Source: Camelus dromedarius
Taxonomy: Eukaryota
Direction of reading: 5' to 3'
NCBI RefSeq assembly: GCF_036321535.1
Contig: NC_087447.1
Coordinates: 34,350,001 to 34,414,000, forward strand
Length of the DNA: 64,000 nucleotides
A program made the position numbers and the translations under genes. Shown here piece after piece: positions 1 to 10,953 of the stretch (the stretch's first letter is position 1; each line of letters starts with the position of its first letter). The notes beneath the pieces are model-generated. The model was given only the letters and a program-made list of their open reading frames with translations, was not told where the DNA came from and did not search any database.

Positions 1-164
1 TGACTTGAAGGTCAAACAGACAGGGGTTCAAATTTGGAGTCCACCACTCACCAGCTGTCCTACTTGCAAAAACAGCCTCATCTCTCTCACCTTTGTTTTC
101 TTTTAAGAGTATTTATGGTGTAAGATGCTTAAACCAGTGTCTCATTCATAATAATTACCTCTGT

Positions 165-325
165 TAAGCTTCACAACAACTCTTCAAAAAAGGTAGACCA
201 ATTATCATCCTCTCCATTTTATAGATGAGGCAACCAAAGCTCAAAAGACAATGTAACTTAGTGAAGGTTAGGCAGTAAGGTGTCCAAAGAGACAAAACTA
301 GAACCAAAGTTGCTGATTCCCAGAG
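165..325 (-). mobile_element. MIR SINE fragment
   Basis: Reverse MIR core CCATTTTATAGATGAGG with flanking MIR-like sequence. Confidence 0.7.
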
Positions 326-1579
326 CTGTCATTTCTATTCTCTTCAGGACGTGGCTTCTATGTCATGGGATGCGGTGAGGTCAAATGAATTGATGTGTGC
401 CCCGTGTATGCATTATTCTGGTGACAGGCTACACTCTGTCAGTGTCGGTGCCCATTATTATAATTATTTTTAATTTATTTATAATTTATTTCACACTCTC
501 GTGAGTAACTGATTTTGTTCAAAGGCTCCAAAGAACCCTGGGAGCTAGGCTCACAATTACCTCGACCAAGCCCCCATTCCTACCCTATCTTCCCTCCCAC
601 CAAGACAGAGGGGGTTGGAACAAACCAAAATTCACTGAAGGTATTAAGGTTTCACTTAGAAGAGAGAAAAAATATTCTGAGGCTGTGGAGCCATTGTTTG
701 CAAAACACAAGAGAGGGTCTGTTTTCCTTGGGAAACGGAGCACTAAGCCATGAGTCATTCTTTAGATTCTGTGTGGGCGACTTGGGATTCCTGCGCAAAC
801 TTTTGTTGTGTCACTCACTGGTGTCTTGTGTGGACTGAAGCACAAAAGCCTGACCCAGTTTTGTTCCCAAAATCACATGAGCCATTCTGCCTAAGACATT
901 CTAGGAACACACTGTCCATCTCCTTGAACAATGTGGCCATGAGACAGAGTCACCATTGAAACCGGCCCCGTGGCTATTAGTAAAATACCATGGGGCAGCC
1001 GGCCATGCCTTGGGGCACCTTAATGACCAACTGATCACAAGGTCCAGCTCCCACCACAATCATGCCAGCCGTGAGGGAAGAGGGCTTTCCTTCTGCCTTC
1101 AGAACAATAAGAAGCCATTCAGAATCCCAATCAATGGGACGCTCCCATTCTTGGTCCTGGGCAGTGCCATCAGATTGGCCAGCTTCACTCAACCACCTTG
1201 ACAGTGCCAGCTCAGACTGGGTGTACAAAGGAGGCTTCCCGTAAGTTTGGTTGGCAGCAGACCCTTCAGCTTGGTTAGTGCTACAGAGATGGCACGTTTG
1301 GGACCAAAATGTGGACATTTCATTTCACAACTCTGGATCTGACTCACTTAGAGGATACTGTTCTTAATTTACTCTTGCCCCTCAGTCATCAAACCAAAGC
1401 CCCGCTATGCTCTCTGCTTCCACGGTGCAAGCCATCTGTCCTCCATGTAATCAACCATGTACTTGGGAGGCAGAGAGGTCGGGTAGAAAGAACACGAGCT
1501 TGGAATGAAGCAGATCTGGTTTCCATACTGGGCTCTGTCCTTGGGTAACAAAAATAAGCAATATCACACATTCCTTGAT

Positions 1580-1740
1580 TACTCCATGCCAGGTTCTATC
1601 CCTCAGCCACCTACCTGTATTATCTCACTGAATCCTCACAGACAACCTATAAGCATCATCATTCCTGTTTTATAGATGAAGACACTGACATTTAGAGATG
1701 GTAACTTGCCCAAAGCCTGGATTCAAATCCAGGTCTGTCT
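1580..1740 (-). mobile_element. MIR SINE
   Basis: AATCCTCACA...GTTTTATAGATGAAGACACTGA...TAACTTGCCCAA...GGATTCAAATCCAGGTCTGTCT. Confidence 0.8.
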
Positions 1741-4234
1741 CTCAATTAACTCTAAAATAAACTCTCAATTAACTCTATAAAACTGCCCCAAAGTGATAAC
1801 TTCCCTTGGTCTCATCTTCCTCATACGAAATGCATGGACCACTTTAGATTTTACCCAATTTCTTATGTCTCAGATTAAATTACGTCTATATGAATGAAAC
1901 CACTGAAGGCTACTCCCTGGCACAAAGCAGATGTTCCATAACTGTTCCCTTCCCTGCTGCTGAGACTGATTCTAAGAAATAAGAATCTCTGACCTTAAGT
2001 CAAAATCTCACTGGGTAGTTTGGCTTTTTCAGACTGGCTTCAGGAGCTTCACTAAGGCCTAATTAAAACACCTCTCCCAAACTGAGTCACTTTGCTGCAC
2101 ACCTGAAACTAACACTGTAAATCTACTACACTTCAATAACAAATTGAAAAAAAAAAAAAAAACCACGTAACACCTCTCCCAAGGCTACATCTCTTGTCTT
2201 ATAAACAAATAAAGTGGACACCAAGGTTTGGTGCTTCACTCTTGGTCAAAGAGGAAAGGAGTATGAGAAGTGGGAAGCAAATATAGCTCTTCTGAAAGCT
2301 GGAAATTGAGCTGTAATTCCTCCAGCCTGGCCTTTGATGTGTGTGCTTACATGTGCTCATTACTTTTAAGCTGTTCCATGTGTATATATTTGTATATGTG
2401 TGCATATATATGTGTATATACACATCTCCAGAAGTAGATGTATTTATACACACACATATATATACACACGTAATGATAACCTAAATTGGCCACCAGTCCC
2501 ACCCTTAAAGTGTCTTTAGAAAATTAACCCACGGAATAAGCAATAATATGTGAACTATAAACATTCTTGTATGTTGGCAGATAACCATGCTACACATTCC
2601 CCTCCAAGAACTGAGGAAGAGAAGAAAGGGAATAACACAATGGCAGAAAAATGCACTAATCAAATCCATAATCAACTTTGATGATGGAGCAAGGATTCTA
2701 ATCAAAACACAATGGGGCAAAGTTGCAACAGGTTGTAAGCTTGGAGCTATGCTCCCTTCCCAGGGGCCTCGCCTGAGCTTTCTTTCTAAACATGTAAAAC
2801 ACCCACAAAGGATTTCAATCACTTCTAATTACTTTGTTAAAGAAATGAGCTGCAAGTTGAACACCAGACTCCGAAAAACAGGAAATATCAAAGTATTAGA
2901 TATATAATATTTTCTCCTGCAACTGCTTCTTAAAAATAGGTTCACCTCTCCCCGAATAGATCAGGAGCATTCCTTATCTGAAGGTCAGCTGGACAGGGGT
3001 TCTGAACTAACATAGAGCAGGTCTCTAAAACAAGTCTTTGCACATGGTCATAATTTACACACCATGTTAACAGAGCAGAAGCTATCAATGTTCATTCTTG
3101 GGGGAAGGCCCAGGTATCCCAGCACCAAGAAGGGAATTCGGGAGGGATGTGGTGTTGCAGACCAGTTCCCCTCACTAGGGGTCGGGCCCCAGATGTAGGT
3201 TCGTAGGAGAGATTCAAGGTGATGGTGACCGGGGGTGGGTGGGGGTGGGCAGTGTTTGGGGAGTTGACAGTGCAGCTGCACCTAAAAGCTATGTGCTGGC
3301 TAACTTAGGTCTTTTCACACTTGATGGAGATGGAGAGCAGGCTTGGAGGAGAATGGGCTGTCACTGGCTGAAGAGAGTTGCTACTTAATAAAAGAAGCTG
3401 TGAGAACCGCCTCCGTTCCCTTTAACTACCATGCTGAATATTCTGAACCCCAAGCTAATAATAATAATCACTGTCATTCCCCAAGGGTCTGTTATGAACC
3501 AGGTCTTTTATGGATATCGTCTCTCCACCTTCTCATAACTACCCTGCATGCTCAGGATTACTATCCACCACAAAGCCAGCATGCAAAGCCAATCCTGCCA
3601 CGGCAAGAAGCCTTTGTTCCTTGCTCGTCATCACCTTTTAAAGGGAAGATACTAAATATGAAGCAATGACCTGCTACATGAGTTGCAGGGTCCCTGTGGT
3701 GACATCCGCTCTGCACCACTGCCTGACCCCACTCCTCATCCTCCCCTGGCACGCTCATCTCACCCCGTCTCCTCCCCATTCAACCATTCCTGCCCATCTC
3801 TGGAGCCTGCCATCTCCTGCCTCATCCGGGACGCCCTCTGAACTTCTCCAGCCATCTTGACCTTTCCCTTCCTTTGAACCCCAAGCACACATCTCAGCCC
3901 TCTTTGTGTTGTGTGGTATTGTGATGCCCCTGGTACATCAGTGATGCCTCCCAACTAGACTATAAAATCTCCAGTCCCAGGCCATGTCTTATTTACCCTG
4001 TACGTCTGCCAGAGCATGAAGGAGGCGGGCAGCAATGAAGAGTGGGAAGACCAGCAGCCTGAAAGCCAGACCAAGCTGACCTGGACCCCCTGCTCCACCA
4101 CCCTGGAGCAGGACAACCTGTAGCAAGTTCCTCTGCCTCTAAGTCTAGCTTACCCTTCCAGCTCAATGGCTAGATCAGTGGTCTCATAAATCAGGGCCTG
4201 CGAGTAATCGGAAAGTCCCTATGATTATCCCTCT

Positions 4235-4415
4235 ATAGCATGCTGGTTAGGGACATGGAGTCCAGAGCCAGACTCTCCAAGTCCTAATTCTACTGTTACT
4301 AACCTGGTCTTTGCCTCAGTTTCCTTATGCGTAAAGTAAGAATAATAAAAACTCATCTCACTGGACTCAAATGAGGTATTTTAGAACTTTCCTGGCACAC
4401 AAAAAGTGCTATGTC
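4235..4415 (+). mobile_element. MIR SINE
   Basis: TAGCATGCTGGTTA...GAGCCAGACT...GCCTCAGTTTCC...CCTGGCACA. Confidence 0.75.
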
Positions 4416-4769
4416 GTGATTTGCCATCATTATATCATTGTTATCATAGAAAACGTTATAAAAATTCTTCTCATTGAAAATGTCATATCTGCTTTAAGTG
4501 TTACTGTGAGGATGAAATGAGATCATATGCAAAGAGCCTGGCACATCAGGCTCTCAACAAGGGGCTGTGCCCCTCCCTCATCTTCCCACCATGCCTGGTA
4601 CTGTATCAGGCGTGTGATAGATGTGCTGCAAATCCTTGTGAACTGAACATTACCTTCTCCAGGGCTTGAGAGAATAAACTATGCCTTTTCTCACTTAGAG
4701 GCTATTAGATTGACATTCAACAATGCCCCATCTCTTGGTTTAGCAATATAAACAGCTCACTTTATTAAG

Positions 4770-5035
4770 TGTGCCTTTTTTGCCAGACATGGACTTTACA
4801 TATGTTACTTGTGTATGTATATATGATGTATATATATGTATATATAAATTCATATGTATATTTGACAACTTACATATAATTTTTTCTTAATCCTCACAAT
4901 TTGTATGGTTGTTTATGCCCATTTTCACAGATGGGAACACTGAGGCCCAGAGAGGTTAATCGACTAGGTCACCCAGCTAGTACCTGATGGAGATAGGACA
5001 CCACAGATATTTACCTGACTTTAAAGCCTGTGCTA
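4770..5035 (-). mobile_element. MIR SINE with internal (TA/TG)-rich expansion
   Basis: AATCCTCACAA...CCCATTTTCACAGATGGGAACACTGAGGCCCAGAGAGGTTAA. Confidence 0.75.
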
Positions 5036-7380
5036 CTGACCACTTACACAACCCAGCCTTCTCCCCAAAGCCCCTGAATAAAAGGAGAGTCAGATGCTCT
5101 AAAATATCATTTGCCATTTAACTCATTATCTCCTGAGTGTCTTCTAGGGATAAATACCAGATTCTGAATCCAGGACTACTAGATGTCAAGCCAGACAGAC
5201 TTCCAGCCATATGGAGAGGCTTTCCTGGATGGCAGGTGGTCACCATGTCAGGCAGAGGGGGAAGAAGCCCTGTCCAAAGACGGGAAAAGCTCTTTTGTCA
5301 ACGTCACTTGGATGCCAGGGTGGGGCAGAGAGAACATGGATCTGTGCCTGTCACAAGAAGAGCCCCCCAGGAAGCCCAAACATGGATAAAGAAAGGGCAG
5401 GTGGGCCCAGGATAGCCTACTGGGGAGAGGCCAATTTCCTTAGCAGTCCAACCAAACCATCTTCATGGTCAGTGCATAAGGTCCCAGCGAGGGCGAGGCA
5501 GGTGAGATGGTGGCATTCTGCGGACTGTGGGCCAAAGGTCAGGGAGAGAAGCAAAGCCTTGAGGGAACTGAACTATGCCAGCCCTTCCAGTAGCAGCTGG
5601 AGAACATGTTTTCAGGGAAGAGGGTGATGAATCACCTTTCCAGAGCCTGCCCATTACAAGTCCTCTGACAGTGTTCATTAAATGAAGGGTCAAATGGGCA
5701 AAGGCAGAGCAGCTGCCTGGGTAGGAAAAATCCCAGTGTCCACTTTCCTCTCATTCCTCAGGTTCTCCTCATCAGGCTGGAGGGTGTGTGTCACCTCCCA
5801 GGGTCACTGGTCTGGCCTCCCGCATACCACCTACCACACCTCATCAGCTCCACCTCTGAAGATGCAGGGGAAATCCTCACAAGAGTGCCCTCTCCCCAAG
5901 ATTATTCCCATTTCAAAGCCCCCTGTAAAAATCCCATGATGAACAGCAGAAAACAGAGCGCAGAGCACAAAACCCTAGCAGAGACAGGCCCGGGGAGCCT
6001 TAGGGGAAATCTTGCCTTCCTCCCACATGCCATCACTCAAACCTGTCAGCTTCCAAAAATGTTTAGCAAGTGCAGCAGCAAAGGGCATGCTTATCAGCCT
6101 GGCGTGGGAGCTAATCTGCTTTGAGGGCCTTCTCCAGTCCAGAGTTCCAAAAGTCTGCTTACAATTAGCTTCCAGCTCCAGTCCCTCCATCAGAAAGGCT
6201 AGGAATGTGTTGAGTTCTAGCCTCTGATCAGAGAAAGCTCCAGGAGAAGGTGGAGACAGGGTCAGCAGAGAGTAAGTGCCAAAAAGGTCAGCTGGTCTGT
6301 TGCCACTTCCCTGACACCAGCCCCAAACTACCTCCCCCGCTGGCTTCCCACCTCTCCTGACCGGGACAGTCACATCCGTCAGGTCCGCCTGTCCCCAAAA
6401 GTCCCTGCTGACTCACTGCCAAGAAAATACAGCATGCCCCTGCTCCCTCCTACCAGAAGAGGGAAAAAAAGCAGCAGAGAGGGCAGGAGGCCAGGAGAAC
6501 CTGATTGGCCCTTGCCGATTTCCTTAAAAGAGATTGCATGGCCAGGGCCTGTCACCCAGCCGAATTGGGTGATGCGGGCTCTGTATGGAAAGGTAGAAGT
6601 CACCAATTCTTTTCAAGCCATCCTCCTCCGCCACCCCCAGTCACCCGGGCTACCCGCACCGGGATCTACTACCTAGGAAGGAGGGGCTTAGCTTCAGGCC
6701 GCCATTCTGAGGCAGCCACCCCCGCCCCACCGCAAAAGCCAGCCAAGACGCTAGGAGTCTCCAGCTGCCAGCCTCCGCTGTTGCACCGGGCACTCCTACA
6801 GCAGTCCCAGCACTGTGCCTGTAATCCTGTCAGTTCGAAGGGTGGGGCAGGGGCAGGCATCTTCCAGCTGAGGGGAGCAGGTACACTGCCATTCCCAGAC
6901 CCCTTTTCCTGGATCTTGCAGCCAGGCCAGGGGGCGTGGAGCCCTACGAGGCCGCAGATCGTTCCTTGCCAGGGACAGAATCTGCAGAATCGACAGACAG
7001 ACAGCCGCTGCAGTAGATAATGTCTTCTTGGGACCAAGTTCTCCACAAGCAGAACCTCACATGTTTAGCGCGGCGCACGTTTTGTTGTTGTTGTTGTTTT
7101 TTGTTTTTTTGAGAACATCCTGACCGTGCTGCCCCCAGGAAGAGGCCGCACACAAGCCCGAACCCGGTCTCGCAGAGCTCCTTAAGGCAAACCTCGGTCA
7201 CCAGGGCCACACCCACTGGCCAGCCCACTCTCCTCGCGCATCTCCCAATCTGCCGGCCTAAGCGGAATGGTTCCCTTCTCTGCCCTCTCCCCTATCCAGC
7301 CATGTCAACCTCCCCTCTGCTAAGGGGGAAAAAAAAAGTATTCACCCTTCCCCCAGAACAGAGCCCTGGCACACAGTTCC

Positions 7381-7389
7381 TCTCACCTG
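7381..7389 (-). other. NAV2: 5' splice donor of NAV2 exon 1 (CAG|GTGAGA), phase 0
   Basis: Minus strand reads GAT ACC CAG|GTGAGAGG. Similarity to NAV2 ends exactly at ...GFDTQ, where NAV2 continues into the CH domain in the next exon (not seen in this window). Confidence 0.93.
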
Positions 7390-7644
7390 GGTATCGAACC
7401 CGTTTTCCACGGAGCCGCTCATCCGCAACGGGAGCCCCTCCCCCGCCGGCTCTTGCAGCCCCTGCGATTTCAGGGGTATCTGGCTAGGGTAGGCGATCTT
7501 GCTCACCTCCACCTTGCTTCCCAACTTGAGGTAGCAGGGCTGGGGGCCGGCCCGGGCTGGGGGCACGTGCAGGATGGGCGCGGCGCTGTGCACCGGTTTG
7601 GGTAGTCCCGACTTCATTTTGGAGGCGACCAGGATAGCCGGCAT
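7387..7644 (-). CDS. NAV2: Neuron navigator 2, first coding exon (86 codons; partial CDS)
   Basis: Translates MPAILVASKMKSGLPKPVHSAAPILHVPPARAGPQPCYLKLGSKVEVSKIAYPSQIPLKSQGLQEPAGEGLPLRMSGSVENGFDTQ, recognised as the NAV2 N-terminus. ATG context is AAGATGC (-3 A). Canonical donor at 7386. Lies in the CpG island. Confidence 0.96.
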
Positions 7645-8500
7645 CTTCTCCCGGGGCTTCGGTTTTCCCAGCACGTCCCTGGCAGCGGCGGCGGAGGCGA
7701 CCGCTAAAGGCAGCGCGGGCAGCAGAGCAGGCGCCGGGCCTCGGCCCGCGAGGCGCCCACCACCAGCCGAGGGAAAGAAAAAAAAAAATCCTCGGGTCGG
7801 GGATCTCGGAGCAATCTGGTGAGCGCGCCTTCGCGGTGCCGGGATGGGGCGGAGGACTGGTCGCGACGCTCAGCTGGACACCTAGACAGATGCTGCAGTC
7901 TGGTCTCACGCCCCTCCTGGGCAGCCTATTCAAGGGCTCTGGACGCTCAGGGACCGTTGCCTCTTGCGATTCTCCTCCTGGGAACCCGAAGCTTGGATGC
8001 CCATATTAACTTGTCACTGCATCTCCGAAGTGAGGAGGCTCCTTTGGAAGAGAAGCTGCGGGGATGTACGCCTCCGGCTCCGGGAGGCTACGGGTGTGAG
8101 CCGGAGAGCTAAGGAGCGAGCAGCCGCGGGAGGGAAGGAGCGAGAAGAGGAAGAAGAGGGAGAGGGCACGGACCCCAAGACGTCTTCACTGAGAGGCAGC
8201 TGCCGCCCTGATCGCGAGCACCGCAGTGTCACCCGCGCCGCAGAGGCGCGGCGAGAGCCCCCGAAAGGTCTCTCTAGGCGTGACAGTCGTTCATCACTGC
8301 CCAGAAGCCCCCCGGACAGACAGCACCTCAGCGCCTGCGAGTCTGCACATGCTCCGTGCGCTATAGCGCAAAGCTGTGGCCGTGGGGCGCGGGCACCGAG
8401 ACGCGCGGCTGGCGGGCTGGGCCGGGCAGCGCTCGCGAGCGGCCGCCGCACTTCCCGGGAAGGCTGCGCTGACTGCGGGGCTCAGGGCAGGGGAAGGCAG
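7645..8500 (-). other. NAV2: Putative long GC-rich 5'UTR of NAV2 (TSS inferred ~8500)
   Basis: Inferred from CCAAT/GC boxes at 8558-8614 lying 60-110 bp further upstream; the TSS cannot be read directly. Confidence 0.5.
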
Positions 8501-8557
8501 GCTGCGACCAGCGCGGCTGCGGCGCGCGCTGACAGCCCGGGCCGCCCTGGCGCCCCC

Positions 8558-8614
8558 ATTGGTCCGCGGCGGGCCAATCAGCGGCCGTGGCTCTCACTGC
8601 AAAGGGGGCGTGGC
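8558..8614. promoter_or_regulatory. Proximal promoter elements: inverted CCAAT pair and Sp/KLF box
   Basis: ATTGG 8558-8562, CCAAT 8574-8578 (GGCCAATCAG, NF-Y-like), GGGGGCGTGGC 8604-8614. Confidence 0.75.
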
Positions 8615-10346
8615 CTCAACTCACGGGCCGCCGCCGAAACTCTGGGGCCGAGCTTGGCCGCAAGTACAAAGCCGGCTGGTGGCCGCTCTGCAGCAGAGCT
8701 CCAGCCGCGCGCTTCCCGGCGGGCCGACACCCCCGCGTCCCCGAAACCTTTTGAAAAATGCCCTTTCGAACGCAAACGCCCGCCTTGGGCCCCCGCGGGC
8801 ACGGCTCGGGGAAGTTTGTTTTCTTTTTCAAATTGTTCTGGTCACCTTAACGGTCTGAGTCTTCCGGAGTCGCGCCTGCAGCCCCGCGGCCCCCCATCTG
8901 GTCTGGGCAGGGCTGTTCTTCGTCTCCCGCGTTAAGGACGCGCCAGCCATTTCTTCTCTTTTCTGCCAGCTATTCCAGCCGGGCCGGGGGGCCTCCCAAT
9001 AACTTCCTCTCCAGCTTTCAAAGGCTGCACATTTCACTTAACTATTTGAAGTATTTATAGGCAAATACAATACCCGAGGAAGCCTCCCGCCCTAAGACAC
9101 CTCCTCCTTGCAACCTACCACAGACTCTGTAATTAGAGTGGCCGGAGGAAGCCGGCAGAAGCTTCACGACCTAGGCTGGCTCAGGTTAAATCTTGCTGCG
9201 TTTCATGTAGGAGCCCCTCCCTGTCCGCGCCTCGGACGCACTGGCCCCACAGGTTCCTCGACTTGACTTTAATTCGCCCGAGGATTTCTCTCCTGTCTCA
9301 GGTGCTCTATGGCTTCCTGGCTGACAATTGGAAGAAATGATACAGGCAGGTCAGACCCCTCGCCATTCATAGATGAGGAGCCCCTACCCTGTAGAACTTC
9401 CTGGATTTAAATCAGGCAAGTTCTTTGACTTTACATACATCCTTATAGAGCTTCGGTTTTCACTAGGAGTAATGAGGGGGTTCGACTACGTATATATAAT
9501 ATGCTGTTGTTTGGATAAATGAGATAGTTCATGACAGTCGTTTAGCACAGGTCCCTGGCAATGAGAGACCAGTAGAAGTTGGGTATTATGATCCCTGTTA
9601 TTAAATTACTCCTACTCCCCCCACCCCCAGCCATCTCTATTTATAAGCTGTTTGTCTCTGTTCTCTGTCTCTGAGATACAGGTTTTCACAGTATGCCCAG
9701 CCTATAGCCTGACTTTCAATAGCACTGATTTCTCATTACCCAGATGGCAGGAAACTTCAAAGTTTTAAAAACAATCTCTTTAAGCAGCATTAAGAAATAA
9801 GTAGGTGACTTATTACCCTGGCCTGCTCCCTCCCTCACCTATCTTTCACCCATTCTGTGTAGCGACTTTCTACTCTAGTTAGGCTGAGATGCACAGTCTT
9901 CTATCTAATTTCAGGTATTCCTCCCTCTGCAATTAAAGCACACGTGGTCTGTGCCACTTAGTTAGCACTCAGCCCTTTACCATCTGATGCCACCTTGTTA
10001 TTTATCGTTTCCTGTTTATTTTCATCTTAAAGAGTAGGCCTCTTGAAGTTTGGAACTGCGTTTTTAACCTTCATTAGATTCTCTCAACATTAAGTATAAT
10101 GCTGTGGAAAGAATAGGTACTCAGATTGTTATCAAATTGATGAGTGAGTGATGCTAGCAGCAATTCTCCAGGGGGAGAGCCTTTTAGGTCCAGGTACATA
10201 AGGTCATAATAGATGCTATGCTGTATAAAACATTGGGACTCTCCCCTACCCAGAATTCTGGTTCTACCAAGAGTTATAGAAACATACTGCAGTCTTTAAC
10301 TTTAAAGGTCATGGAGACATTCCAAAGTATTTCCATGGCTCTAATG

Positions 10347-10523
10347 CAGTTTTTCTGAGTATGGTCCCCAGTCCACTACCAGCAGCAGCAATACCTGGGA
10401 ACTTGTTTGATAAGCCCCACCCCAGATCTTCTAACAAAAGTTCTGGAGATGGCCAAGTGATCTAGGTTTACCAAAGGTTTAACCCAGTGATTCTGATGCA
10501 CACTTAGGTTTCAGAACTTCCAC
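10347..10523 (+). mobile_element. MER5A (hAT-Charlie MITE)
   Basis: TGGTCCCC...CCAGCAGCAGCAATACCTGGGAACTTGTT...GTGATTCTGATGCACACTTAGGTTTCAGAAC. Confidence 0.75.
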
Positions 10524-10559
10524 CCTAATGAAGATATCATGCATTCACTGCTCTTCCCC

Positions 10560-10953
10560 GGCTGCTTAAAACTTAATATACATAAGAATTACTGGAGATC
10601 TTACTAAAATACAGATTCTGAAGGGACAGACTGGGATTTCAAAATGTAGAATAGATAAACTAGATTATACTGTATAGCACAGGGAAATATATACAAGATC
10701 TTGTGGTAGCTCACAGCGAAAAAAAATGTGACAATGAATATATGTATGTTCATGTAGAACTGAAAAATTGTGCTCTACACTGGAATTTGACACAGCATTG
10801 TAAAATGACTATTACTCAATAAAAAGATGTTAAAAAATAAAATAAAATACAGATTCTGATTGGGTAGGTCTGGAATGGGGCTGAGATTCTGGTTTCAGAA
10901 TATGCTCCCACGTGACGCCCCTGCTGATGGTTTGGAGCTCACACTTTGAGTAG
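10560..10953 (-). mobile_element. MER5A1-like MITE, split by an L1 insertion
   Basis: GATCTTACTAAAATACAGATTCTG[insert]ATTGGGTAGGTCTGG...CACACTTTGAGTAG is collinear with reverse MER5A1 once the insert is removed. Confidence 0.8.
10622..10843 (+). mobile_element. 5'-truncated young L1 3'UTR (camelid-type)
   Basis: TATACTGTATAGCACAGGGAAATATATACAAGATCTTGTGGTAGCTCAC L1 3'UTR motif; AATAAA 10818-10823; A-rich tail; identical flanking repeat TAAAATACAGATTCTGA at 10605-10621 and 10843-10859. Confidence 0.9.

Larger units (their letters stand above)
7390..9000. promoter_or_regulatory. NAV2: CpG island / NAV2 promoter and first exon
   Basis: Very GC- and CpG-rich and repeat-free compared with the CpG-depleted flanks; overlaps the first coding exon. 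Confidence 0.92.

Noticed and set aside
1739..1777. 16-bp direct repeat CTCTCAATTAACTCTA (period 23); similar short duplications at 60259-60282 and ~27127-27146
   Set aside because: Ordinary two-copy tandem duplications; not CRISPR-like, and no insert between them
7964..8935. 323-aa + strand ORF and other overlapping ORFs in the CpG island
   Set aside because: Non-ATG start, Arg/Ala/Gly/Pro-rich composition expected from stop-poor GC-rich DNA, and no recognisable domain
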